64,000 bases of DNA from Desulfurivibrionaceae bacterium (GTDB lineage: Bacteria; Desulfobacterota; Desulfobulbia; Desulfobulbales; Desulfurivibrionaceae): NCBI GenBank assembly GCA_041671085.1, contig JBAZCG010000003.1, positions 7,641 to 71,640 of the forward strand. The letters run 5' to 3'. The notes under the pieces are model-generated. The model was not told the DNA's origin, did not search any database, and saw nothing but the letters and a program-made list of their open reading frames with translations. This document shows positions 1-8,808 of this stretch, piece by piece (position 1 is the first letter of the stretch; the number at the start of each line of letters is the position of its first letter). The translations under genes and the position numbers were made by a program.

Positions 1-468
1 GTGGGAAAAGGTGTAATAATCGTGGGATCCCAGGCTAAGCAGCTGACGGATGGCTTGGGGGTCCGTTAGGGTAAGATCGAGGATGTTGCTGGTTATGTTT
101 TTGGCGCGGGAGATGTTGTTGCCGCTCCTGGGGTCATCAAATACGTCTCGCATGATGTTTCTGGCGCAGTCATGCACAAGCGAGGATTTTTGCTCAAGGG
201 GGATGGCTGTATTGATGATGATGGACTCCAGGGAGTCCTCCATGAAGTTTTCAAATTTTTTGACGGACTCTTGGGTGATGTAGAGCGGTCCGTGGCTTTT
301 TTTGGTGAGGGCGTCTTTGATGGTGGCGAATTTGGTGTTGGCCGCGATCAGTAGGACGAGTTTATTGCTGTTGGGCGGTTTGGTATAGATGTTGAAATCG
401 ATAGTCCGCTCTTCAGCAAGGAGATAATCGGAGACAATTCGGATAAATTTTTTGGATTCGAGGATCAT
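1..468 (-). CDS. HD-GYP/HD-domain phosphohydrolase, N-terminal part (runs off the window start)
   Basis: Manual translation from ATG at 468: MILESKKFIRIVSDYLL...QLLSLGSHDYYTFSH. The frame is open to base 1. HDxYTxxH is the typical entry into an HD-GYP domain. Absent from the ORF track because it has no stop in the window. Confidence 0.75.
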   Translation of the reverse strand, partial: MILESKKFIRIVSDYLLAEERTIDFNIYTKPPNSNKLVLLIAANTKFATIKDALTKKSHGPLYITQESVKKFENFMEDSLESIIINTAIPLEQKSSLVHDCARNIMRDVFDDPRSGNNISRAKNITSNILDLTLTDPQAIRQLLSLGSHDYYTFSH

Positions 469-493
469 ATTCTCTTTAGATTCTCCAAAATTT

Positions 494-1495
494 TTATGTT
501 GCGCCGTGCAGCCCGGCGGTTTTTTCGAGATAGGTTACAAGCTGGGAGAAGTTGCAACCATAGGCCTCAACCGCCTCTTGTTTTCCCTTGAGCCGGAAGG
601 AGTATTTTTTGAAAAAAGTCTCGGGCTCAAGGAGGTGTACGGCGGCGTCGCAGCCCATCACAAGGTCCAGATCCTCCTGTTGGTTGGTCATATTTTCCAG
701 GCGAAAAGCCACGTTGACCACGTCCCCGATCACGGTGTAGTTGTTCTGTTCGTCTTGAGCAAGGTTCCCCAGCATGGCCTCGCCGGTATTGAGGGCCGCC
801 CCGATCTGCAAAGGCCAGGGAAGATCCGGGACCTTCTTGCGGAGATCGCTGGTGAAGGCATTGATGGCAATGGCGGTTTTTAGCGCTTGGTGGATGTTGT
901 CCTGAAGATTTGGCCCTGCCCACAGGGCCATGACCGCGTCACCGATGAATTTATCGACAATCCCGTTATGTTTGTGCACCAGCTTGCTTACGCCTCCGGT
1001 CCAGTGCTGGAGAAGTTGGGAAACCCATTGGTCCCCCATGGTTTCCGACAGTTTGGTGAAATCATGGATGTCGCAGATCAGGATGGTGATGATTTGCTTC
1101 TGGATAAAAGCCACCGTCATTTCATCAAGGTCCTGCTCGGTTGCCGTTGATGGCCGGGTTGGAGTTGTCTCCTGATGGAACAGGAGACGGGTGCTGCCGA
1201 TGCCGATGCAGTCCCCATTTTGCAGGGTGACAGGGGTATGGATTTTTCGGCCATTGAGAAAAGTTCCGTTGGAGCTTCCCAGGTCGAGGAGACTGAAACG
1301 ACCACTTTCTTCTTTCTGGATCATGGCGTGTTTTCGGGAAATCCATGAGTAGGGAAGCATGATATCAGTGTTGGCAATCCGCCCCAAGGTATAGGTGTTG
1401 TTGCCGTTGAGCAGCCAGCGATGGCCATTGGCTTCCTGGGGATCAAGTGCATCCAGGAGAGTCAGTGTTGCTGGTGTTTCTGGTGGTGCGGTCAT
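494..1495 (-). CDS. FHA domain + class III adenylate/guanylate cyclase
   Basis: FHA motifs LGR..SRKHA..DLGSSNGTFLNG. Cyclase motifs CDIHDFT, VDKFIGDAVM and YTVIGDVVNVAFRLE; the K/T pair suggests ATP specificity. Confidence 0.9.
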   Translation of the reverse strand: MTAPPETPATLTLLDALDPQEANGHRWLLNGNNTYTLGRIANTDIMLPYSWISRKHAMIQKEESGRFSLLDLGSSNGTFLNGRKIHTPVTLQNGDCIGIGSTRLLFHQETTPTRPSTATEQDLDEMTVAFIQKQIITILICDIHDFTKLSETMGDQWVSQLLQHWTGGVSKLVHKHNGIVDKFIGDAVMALWAGPNLQDNIHQALKTAIAINAFTSDLRKKVPDLPWPLQIGAALNTGEAMLGNLAQDEQNNYTVIGDVVNVAFRLENMTNQQEDLDLVMGCDAAVHLLEPETFFKKYSFRLKGKQEAVEAYGCNFSQLVTYLEKTAGLHGAT

Positions 1496-1516
1496 GGTTG
1501 TCAGAGGGCCTTCCTG

Positions 1517-1741
1517 TTATCCGTGGCTCTGGATGAGGCTGATGATTTCTTCGGGCTCGGCAAAACGACCGGCCGCATGTTTTGAAAAAATTAGCTGACC
1601 ATCAGCTATGATCTCATAGATGCCGCCTGAAGCGGGAATAAGCTCAACCTCGGCGCCGAGTTGTTTCTTTAGTTCGACTTCCAGCCTGGAAGCCCGTGGC
1701 AGATGGTTTCATTGTGAGCAGTAGGTGATGGTGATCTTCAT
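1517..1741 (-). CDS. SelW/SelT/SelH (Rdx) family selenoprotein with a CxxU motif
   Basis: Manual translation: MKITITYCSQ-U(TGA at 1709-1711)-NHLPRASRLEVELKKQLGAEVELIPASGGIYEIIADGQLIFSKHAAGRFAEPEEIISLIQSHG*. This matches the Rdx pattern YCxxU...GGxFEI...FSK...GRF. Confidence 0.9.
1676..1695 (-). promoter_or_regulatory. Candidate bacterial SECIS hairpin
   Basis: The mRNA reads GGGCUUCC-AGGCU-GGAAGUC, starting about 14 nt after the in-frame UGA. It forms a stem with a G-containing apical loop. Confidence 0.65.
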
Positions 1742-1947
1742 GGCGAGGCTCCGTGTGAAAATTATTTTTTCAGAGTTGGGGAAACTGTGTGTAACCTAAA
1801 ATTTATTTATACCATAACAGTATCTAATTTTAACAGGATCGATTGTCCGATACATTTTTTTTGCTTGCAAGCGGATCAATGATCCAGCCGGGAATTGCCA
1901 TGGGCAATGGGGGTGAAAAATAGCACAGGCGGCAAGATCCAAGCCGG

Positions 1948-3207
1948 TCAGCTATTCTCGGGGAAAGGATGCGTGGGGTGTGGGCAAGGTGGGTGACCCA
2001 GCCATTTCAGAAGGCCTTGGGCGGCAATATATCCGGTGGTAAAGGCACCTTGTAGCAGGTAGCCGCCGGTTGGTGCTTCCCAGTCCAACATTTCCCCGGC
2101 GAGGAAGACTCCTGGAAGTTTACGGAGCATGAGGTCCGCGTTCACCTCCGGAAAGCTTACTCCCCCGGCAGAGGAAATTGCCTCGGCAAGAGGCCTGGTG
2201 TTGATGATGGGGATCAAGAGATTCTTGATGTGTTTAGCAAGAACCTCGGGGCTTTTTAGCTCTTCCGGGGAGCAGATTTCGTGGAGCAGGGAATAGGCTG
2301 GCCCGGTGAGGTGTATAGCCTTGCGCAGGAAATTGGCGAGACTTTCCTTGCCGCGCCGTTGCGCAAGCTTTTCCCGAAGCCGATCCAGGGGGAGATCGCG
2401 TTTGAGATCAAGAAAAAGGGGGACTGGTCGATTTTTTTCGAGGAGGTCGCGGATTACGGCGCTCAAGGTATAGATCGGGCCCCCTTCCAGGCCATGGGCG
2501 GTTACTACCACATCGCCTATGGCCTGCTGATCGTCGCAGCGGAGCAGGAGATTTTTGAGGGGTTTGCCGCTGAAGCGAGTAAGAAAATGCTCGGACCACG
2601 CCACTTCAACCCCGCAGTTTGCCGGGCGGAATGGCTCAAGGTGGACGTCCTTGGCGGAGAGGAGCGAGGTCCAGCTTCCGTCGGAGCCGGTTTGGGGCCA
2701 GCTTGCCCCGCCCAGAGCAAGGAGCAAGGCCTTGGCCTGGAATTCGCGGAGTTCGCTGTTTTCGGTAAGAAAGAGCGGGCCACCTGTTTTGGCAAACCCC
2801 TGCCAGCGGTGCCGGTAGTGGAAGACAACCCCACGCCTGCCCAAGGTCTCAATCCATGTTTTCAGAATATCGTGGGCAGTGGCGTCTTTGGGGAATACTC
2901 GGCCGCTGGTGCCAACAAAGGTTTCCACCCCGAGTCCGCGCAACCAGACGCGCAGGTCGTCCGGAGAAAAACCGGCAAGGAATTTTCTGAAGATTTCGGT
3001 GTTGTTTCCGTAGCGGGTGGCAAAAGCGTCGGTTTGTTCCGAATGGGTGAGATTCAACCCGCCGCGACCGGCAACCAGGAATTTGCACCCTGCCGAGGCC
3101 TTGGTGTCGAATATATCCACCGACAGGCCTGCTTCGCTTAAGACGGTGGCAGCCATGAGGCCAGCCGGTCCACAACCTACAACCGCCACCTTGGTCTCTT
3201 TTTTCAT
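1948..3207 (-). CDS. HI0933/BaiN-family flavoprotein (NAD(P)/FAD-dependent oxidoreductase)
   Basis: VAVVGCGPAGLMAA Rossmann motif, KFLVAGRGGLNLTH, GRVFP, GGASWPQTGSDG and GEMLDWEAPTGGYLLQ. Start placed at MKKETK (3207). Confidence 0.88.
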   Translation of the reverse strand: MKKETKVAVVGCGPAGLMAATVLSEAGLSVDIFDTKASAGCKFLVAGRGGLNLTHSEQTDAFATRYGNNTEIFRKFLAGFSPDDLRVWLRGLGVETFVGTSGRVFPKDATAHDILKTWIETLGRRGVVFHYRHRWQGFAKTGGPLFLTENSELREFQAKALLLALGGASWPQTGSDGSWTSLLSAKDVHLEPFRPANCGVEVAWSEHFLTRFSGKPLKNLLLRCDDQQAIGDVVVTAHGLEGGPIYTLSAVIRDLLEKNRPVPLFLDLKRDLPLDRLREKLAQRRGKESLANFLRKAIHLTGPAYSLLHEICSPEELKSPEVLAKHIKNLLIPIINTRPLAEAISSAGGVSFPEVNADLMLRKLPGVFLAGEMLDWEAPTGGYLLQGAFTTGYIAAQGLLKWLGHPPCPHPTHPFPENS

Positions 3208-3214
3208 GGGGCGG

Positions 3215-3397
3215 TTATTTCTTGCCTGTCTTGCCGGGGGCTTTTTCCCCCTCCAGTGCCTTGATTCGCTCAGTGAGCGCTTCACTCAAGGCTACCCGCC
3301 CTTCAAGCACGCACCCTGGCCGGCCAGGAATACAGTCCTGCTTAAGCATTAGGCATTTGTCGTCATTGTAGTCGTAGTTTTTGCAGGAAAAGCTCAT
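3215..3397 (-). CDS. Small Cys-rich hypothetical protein (60 aa)
   Basis: MSFSCKNYDYNDDKCLMLKQDCIPGRPGCVLEG.. has 4 Cys and ends 7 bp before the flavoprotein start, on the same strand as its neighbours. Confidence 0.6.
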   Translation of the reverse strand: MSFSCKNYDYNDDKCLMLKQDCIPGRPGCVLEGRVALSEALTERIKALEGEKAPGKTGKK

Positions 3398-3474
3398 CGC
3401 TGGAACCTAGTGAGGGGGGGCGCAATCATTCAGAGCCGGTCCGGGTCGGTTCTCCGGTGGCATTCTGAAAGAAG

Positions 3475-4857
3475 TCAGCGCTTAAGGATGCCGTGTTTTT
3501 TCATCTTGTACTGGAGCAGGCTTTTGGTGATACCCAAGGCATCCGCCGCTCTTGTCTGAACATAATTCGCTTTGCTCAGGGCAGCGAGAACCATTTTCTT
3601 TTCAATGCCGTCAAGCACATCGGGGAGGGGGGTGTAGGCCGGGATTATGTCCAAGTCGAAGCCATTCAACCACTGTAGGGGCTCTTTAGTGGTCAGGGTC
3701 TCGGGCTGGACATCCTCCGGGCGAATCAGGTTTCTGCTACAGAGAATGGCCGCCCGTTCGATGGTGTTTTCCAGTTCCCTGATGTTGCCTTCCCAAGGCA
3801 GGGTCGTGAGAAACCGTACGGTTTCCGTAGAAATATCCAGTTTTGGTTTGTCGAGTTGTTTTGCGTACTTGTTGACAAAATGGGCGACCAGCATAGGAAT
3901 ATCACCGATGCGTTCCCGCAGGGGGGGGAGGTGGATGTGGAGGACATTGAGCCGGTAATAGAGATCTTCGCGGAAATGCCCTTTGTCCACCTCATCCTTG
4001 AGATCCCTGTTGGTCGCGGCGATGATTCGGACATCAACCCGCAGGGTCTGGCTGCCGCCGACTCGTTCAAAGGTGCGTTCTTGGAGAACGCGCAGCAGTT
4101 TGGCTTGGAGCGGCATGGCCATTTCGCCGACCTCGTCGAGAAAAAGGCTGCCGGTGTCTGCCAGTTCGAACCGGCCCTTGCGCAGGGCGATGGCCCCGGT
4201 AAAGGCGCCCTTTTCATGGCCGAAGAGCTCGCTTTCCAGGAGATTTTCAGGGAGGCCTGCGCAGTTGATGGAAATAAAAGGGGCCTTTTCTCGGGGGCTG
4301 TTGCAATGGATGGCCCTGGCCACCAGCTCTTTGCCGGTACCGGACTCGCCGGTGATCAGAACCGAGGTCGAGGTCGGGGCCACTTTTTCGATGAGATTGA
4401 AAATGACCTGCATTTTTTGATTTTTGCCGACCATGCTGGCATATGAGGTGCGGGAGCGCATTTCCTCCCTAAGCCGCATGTTCTCACGGAGCACGGCGTA
4501 ATGCTCCAGGGCCTTGGTGGTGTTCAGCACCAGCTCATCGTTGTTGAAGGGCTTGGTGAGATAGTTGAAGGCCCCGGCTTTCATGGCAGCCACGGCCATT
4601 TCCACCTCCCCGAAGGCGGTGACCATAATGACGGGAAGGTCCGGGTTGAGGGATTTCGCCGCTTTGAGCAGCCCCAGACCATCAAGCCCCGGCATGCGCA
4701 TATCGGTAATTATCAGGTCAATGTCGGTTTCACCCAGGATTTTAAGGGCATCTTCCCCGTTTCCGGCGGTAAAGATCCCGAGCCCTTCTTCGCGGAGCAG
4801 CTCGGAGAGGACTATCAGGTAGTTGGGCTCATCGTCAACAATCAGTACGGTATTCAT
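3475..4857 (-). CDS. Sigma54-dependent response regulator (NtrC family: REC-AAA+-HTH)
   Basis: REC domain (IVDDE, TDMRMP, KPF), GESGTGKE, GAFTGA, FLDEVGEM and a C-terminal Fis-type HTH. Confidence 0.95.
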   Translation of the reverse strand: MNTVLIVDDEPNYLIVLSELLREEGLGIFTAGNGEDALKILGETDIDLIITDMRMPGLDGLGLLKAAKSLNPDLPVIMVTAFGEVEMAVAAMKAGAFNYLTKPFNNDELVLNTTKALEHYAVLRENMRLREEMRSRTSYASMVGKNQKMQVIFNLIEKVAPTSTSVLITGESGTGKELVARAIHCNSPREKAPFISINCAGLPENLLESELFGHEKGAFTGAIALRKGRFELADTGSLFLDEVGEMAMPLQAKLLRVLQERTFERVGGSQTLRVDVRIIAATNRDLKDEVDKGHFREDLYYRLNVLHIHLPPLRERIGDIPMLVAHFVNKYAKQLDKPKLDISTETVRFLTTLPWEGNIRELENTIERAAILCSRNLIRPEDVQPETLTTKEPLQWLNGFDLDIIPAYTPLPDVLDGIEKKMVLAALSKANYVQTRAADALGITKSLLQYKMKKHGILKR

Positions 4858-4920
4858 TTGGAGGCAGCCTTGCAGGGGTAAAATTTCCAGGGAAAACGAT
4901 CTGAGGTGAAAGCAAGCATG

Positions 4921-7212
4921 CTATGTGGCATGTTCGGCAATTTCCTTGATATCGGTGATGAGAATAATATCGTCGTTGCCCATGATGGTGTATCCGCATA
5001 TTCCATCGATTTTTTGGAGTTTTTTGTACCCGTCGCCAAACTCTTTGGCCACGATCTTCTGATGGGACAGGATGCGGTCAACCAGCAGGCCGATGCCGTA
5101 GGGCTTGCAGACCACTACAATTTTATTGCTCGGGTCAGCCAGGGTCGAGGAGGCTTTCGGATAAAAGAAGGTGTTGAGTTCAACAAGCCGCAAAATTGCG
5201 CCATCATATGCGATGCAGTGGTTTTCCGCAAGAAGCGGGATGATGTTTTCTGTTTCGATCACCGTGGTGATTTCATCGGAGGGAATGGCATAGGTTTCAT
5301 TGCCTGATTCCGCGAGCATGGCATCCTTGGTGACCAGAGTTTTGGTGAGCGGCACGGTGAGCAAAACCGTAGTGCCTTTGCCCACCGTGGAATCGAGCTG
5401 GATGCTGCCGTTGCATTCTTTGAGGCCGGACATGACCACGTCCATGCCCACCCCGCGGCCGGAGAACTCGCTGACCCTCTCGGCCGAACTGAACCCCGGT
5501 CTGAAAACGAGATTGATCAGCTCCCGGTCACTCAATCGTTCAAGTTCTTCAGCAGGCATGAACCCCTTGTTTGTGGCGACTTCCTTCATTTTCTGTGGAT
5601 CAATGCCCAGGCCGTCGTCTTCAATGATAATATAGACATTGTTCTCGTCCGCCCGCGCATGCATCGTAAGGTTTCCCTGTTCAGGCTTGCCCGATTTTTT
5701 TCTCGCGTCCGGCACTTCGAGGCCATGGTCCAAGGAATTGCGCAGGATATGGACCAGTGGGTTTTCGATCTTTTCCAGGAGATCTTTGTCGATAACGGTT
5801 TCCTCGCCGGTGATGGTGAAGCGGACCTCCTTGCAGAGTGAGGTGGAGAGCTGACGGACCACCTTTGGGAATCGCTGGAACAGCGATTTGACCGGGACCC
5901 TGCGGATGCTCATGATATTGGCGTGCAGTTTTTCAAGCTGTTCATCAAGAGCATGGACGATACCGTCGAATCTGGCGACGAGTCCGAAATTCGTTAGGTT
6001 TGTTTCCAGTTGTTTTTTGAGAAAATTAAGGGAGTCAAGGCTGATGTAAAGTCCGCCCACGGAATTGGCGAAGTTGTCGAGCCGTGCCTGATCAATGCGG
6101 ATGGTTTTTGTCTGTTCGCCTCCTTTGCTTTCCTGAATATGGGCGTCGAGGGACCGTTTGTCCTGGATTGCCAGCGCCTTTTTTAGGTCGTTTTCCTGGA
6201 TAACCCCTTGTTCGATGAGCAGCTCTCCAATTTTTTTCTGCTGGCCCAGAGCTGCGGAGATTTGCGCTTTACTGACAAGCTGCTGTTCCACCAGGATCTC
6301 GCCCAAGCGGGTGCTGCTTGCCTTTACCCTGGTCTCAAAACAGCCGATTACCGAGTTGAGAAGGTTACGGCAGAGGGTGTTGTATTCATCGCTAGCCACC
6401 ATCAGGGAGTCATCAAGGAAGTTCCGCATGGCAACGAGTTCGTCCAGTTCCCCGGAAATGGCGCTATTGCCTTGCAGAGCTTCGTTTACCTGCGCAAGGG
6501 CCTGTGCAAAGGCGAGCAGAAGTTCTTTGCCTGCGGCTTTTTTACCTTCAAGAAGCTCAAGAATCAGGCCGAACTGGGCTATTTGGCTGCTGAAATCCCT
6601 GTCGCCCAGAAAGTATTGGTTGTCGGGGGAGTAGGCGCTGTTCGGCCCTTTTTGTTTTTTGGCCGCGATAATTGTCTGGAGATCGATATTCGCTTTTTCA
6701 ATTTGATCCAGCAGCCCTGGGATCATGGGGTGGGTGTGTATATTCTGGCCCAGATCCAGGAATGCATGGAGGAGATGCTCCAGGGTGATAACACTCTGAA
6801 TAGAGCCTATTGCGGCAATGGGCTGGACCGCCTCCACCTGGATGAGGAATTCTTTTTCCTCCGGGAGAAAAGCCACCTCTGTCGGGTCCTGCTGGGCCCG
6901 CTCAAGCATGGCTTGAAGGTATTCGACCCCCTTGAGCAGGATGTCGATGATTTTTTTATTGATGAGAATTTCTCCTTTGCGGCAGGCGTCAAGGAGATTT
7001 TCAAGGCGGTGGGAGAACTTGTTGATGTTGGTCAGGCCGAAGAATCCGGAATTGCCCTTGAGGCTGTGCACCGGGCGGAAGATTTTGTTGATGATCTCGG
7101 CGTTGCCGGGGTCATTTTCCAGGGCGATGAAGTCCGACTCGATTCCTTGGAGTGAATCGTTGGATTCATCGATAAAGCCTCGGAGTGCGTCAGGATCAAC
7201 GTCGTACTGCAT
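4921..7212 (-). CDS. cheA: CheA-like histidine kinase with a tandem MshEN-like insert
   Basis: Hpt (IFRPVHSLKG), HILRNSLDHG, DDGLG, GFSSA..SGRGVGMDVV and a C-terminal CheW-like domain. RLGEILVEQ..KIGELLIEQG repeats lie in the middle. Confidence 0.92.
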   Translation of the reverse strand: MQYDVDPDALRGFIDESNDSLQGIESDFIALENDPGNAEIINKIFRPVHSLKGNSGFFGLTNINKFSHRLENLLDACRKGEILINKKIIDILLKGVEYLQAMLERAQQDPTEVAFLPEEKEFLIQVEAVQPIAAIGSIQSVITLEHLLHAFLDLGQNIHTHPMIPGLLDQIEKANIDLQTIIAAKKQKGPNSAYSPDNQYFLGDRDFSSQIAQFGLILELLEGKKAAGKELLLAFAQALAQVNEALQGNSAISGELDELVAMRNFLDDSLMVASDEYNTLCRNLLNSVIGCFETRVKASSTRLGEILVEQQLVSKAQISAALGQQKKIGELLIEQGVIQENDLKKALAIQDKRSLDAHIQESKGGEQTKTIRIDQARLDNFANSVGGLYISLDSLNFLKKQLETNLTNFGLVARFDGIVHALDEQLEKLHANIMSIRRVPVKSLFQRFPKVVRQLSTSLCKEVRFTITGEETVIDKDLLEKIENPLVHILRNSLDHGLEVPDARKKSGKPEQGNLTMHARADENNVYIIIEDDGLGIDPQKMKEVATNKGFMPAEELERLSDRELINLVFRPGFSSAERVSEFSGRGVGMDVVMSGLKECNGSIQLDSTVGKGTTVLLTVPLTKTLVTKDAMLAESGNETYAIPSDEITTVIETENIIPLLAENHCIAYDGAILRLVELNTFFYPKASSTLADPSNKIVVVCKPYGIGLLVDRILSHQKIVAKEFGDGYKKLQKIDGICGYTIMGNDDIILITDIKEIAEHAT

Positions 7213-7213
7213 G

Positions 7214-7636
7214 TCAGTTTCCCTTTTCGCTGGCCAGCATTTTGAGGATCTCGTTGATGCGGTTCAGTTTTCTGGCGGCGGCATCAACGGCGTCGATGAG
7301 GTCCTGCATCTCCTTGAACGGCTTAAAAAAAATGTCGTTTGCCCCATAACGGAAAGCATTGAGGGTGTTGTTGATCGTGATGTAGCCGGTGATCATGATC
7401 ACCTGGATGGTGCCGTTGTAGTTTTTGATTTTGCGTAGCAGGGTGAGTCCGTCCATCTCCGGCATCATGATGTCGCTGATGACGATGTCGAAATGTTCGT
7501 CCTCAATCATCTCGTAGGATTTGACGGAATCGTTGCAGGTCGTGATTTCATAGGGGGTTTCGGCAAAGGCCCTTGCCAGGGCCTTGAGGACGCTGGTTGA
7601 ATCATCGACGATGAGGACTTTGTATTTTCTGGCCAT
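7214..7636 (-). CDS. Single-domain response regulator (REC)
   Basis: LIVDDS, SDIMMPEMDG and KPF. Stop lies 1 bp before the cheA start. Confidence 0.9.
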   Translation of the reverse strand: MARKYKVLIVDDSTSVLKALARAFAETPYEITTCNDSVKSYEMIEDEHFDIVISDIMMPEMDGLTLLRKIKNYNGTIQVIMITGYITINNTLNAFRYGANDIFFKPFKEMQDLIDAVDAAARKLNRINEILKMLASEKGN

Positions 7637-7889
7637 GTGGTGCGTGTCCTTGCTGGAAATATTTTTTGAAAGAATCGGTTACAACAGGATGGGGGCGCGG
7701 CGTGGCTTTCCATCACGTACGTATCGTTTGTAGAAAATATTTCTAAAGAGATAGTTGTTTGAAAAAATGGGCAAACGATATGGATATCATAGGACCATTT
7801 GGAAAAATGGATCAAGGGAAAAAGGAATGGCCTCGGCGGAAGGGGCTGAGGTGGAAAAGAGAGGGCTTTTTCGTGAATGGCGGGGGACG

Positions 7890-8651
7890 CTACCAGATAA
7901 TATCTTCCCAGTGCTGTTGGGCTGCTGACTTTTTTGCCTGATCAGCGATGGTTTTCTTTTCCTGTGGCGTTAAATCGTTGGACAGCACATTGTCAGGGTT
8001 GCCTGGGTCAACAATGCATGTTGTCTCCAGCGCTGCCCCTATCGAATCCAGGGTGTGAAGGAGATTGAGGGCGAGAGAATCCGTGTCTCTTCCGGTCAGG
8101 GCGTTAATGACAAAAAAATCAAGATAGAGGGAGGGCCAGTCAATCTGGTGGATGTGCCGCCATATCTTGATCGCCTGGATTTCACCAAGGCGATGTGATT
8201 TGGCGACGGTATCCTGGTGGCTGTTTATATCGGTCTCCCGAAGGGAATCGGACTTAAGCCAGTACAGGTCATGATAGTTTTCATAGCCTGCTTGTGCTCG
8301 TCCTGGAATTAAATCGAGGTTCATGTCGTTTATGGAAATGCCAATGGAAATATTCTGACGGCGTGGATTCCAGCCATGTAAGGTGGCCAGGGTAAACAGT
8401 TCGTCATAAATTTTTTTTAAGGTGCCCGGCATTTCTGGTTTTAAAGAGATAAAGAGATCCACATCGGTTACGCCATGCACGGCTGTCTGCTTTGCGTAAG
8501 AACCGGAGAACGACAGGGCTGCCAGCCAGTCTCCAGCCCAGCGTTGTATTTTGGGGGCAATAAGGCTTGCTACTTGTTCCGCCGCAGATTCAGGCCCACG
8601 GGGGACTTTATATTTTTTGAGGATGGAGAGGATATATTCGTCGCCCGTCAT
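7890..8651 (-). CDS. cGAS/DncV-like (SMODS/CD-NTase, OAS-like) nucleotidyltransferase
   Basis: Pol-beta motif SGSYAKQTAV..TDVDLF, RQNISIG, third acidic residue in LDLIPG, IQAIKIWR..WPSLYL and a C-terminal DPGNPDN. Confidence 0.8.
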   Translation of the reverse strand: MTGDEYILSILKKYKVPRGPESAAEQVASLIAPKIQRWAGDWLAALSFSGSYAKQTAVHGVTDVDLFISLKPEMPGTLKKIYDELFTLATLHGWNPRRQNISIGISINDMNLDLIPGRAQAGYENYHDLYWLKSDSLRETDINSHQDTVAKSHRLGEIQAIKIWRHIHQIDWPSLYLDFFVINALTGRDTDSLALNLLHTLDSIGAALETTCIVDPGNPDNVLSNDLTPQEKKTIADQAKKSAAQQHWEDIIW

Positions 8652-8808
8652 GCAGTTCCCCCTTTTTGCCGTTGTCGTCGCTAAGGTGTAAGAAACGAAA
8701 GAAAATGCTGCCGTGATTCCACGTTCTCTGTGCCAATATCTCTAGAAATTTATTTGTAGTACAGTTGGTTGGGCAGGAAGTCAATCCCACTTTTTTATCC
8801 GTGGTAAT

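Noticed and set aside
7507..7941. ORFs between the CD-NTase and the REC gene as a CBASS effector
   Set aside because: They overlap the neighbouring genes, lack TM or enzymatic motifs, and have no clear RBS.
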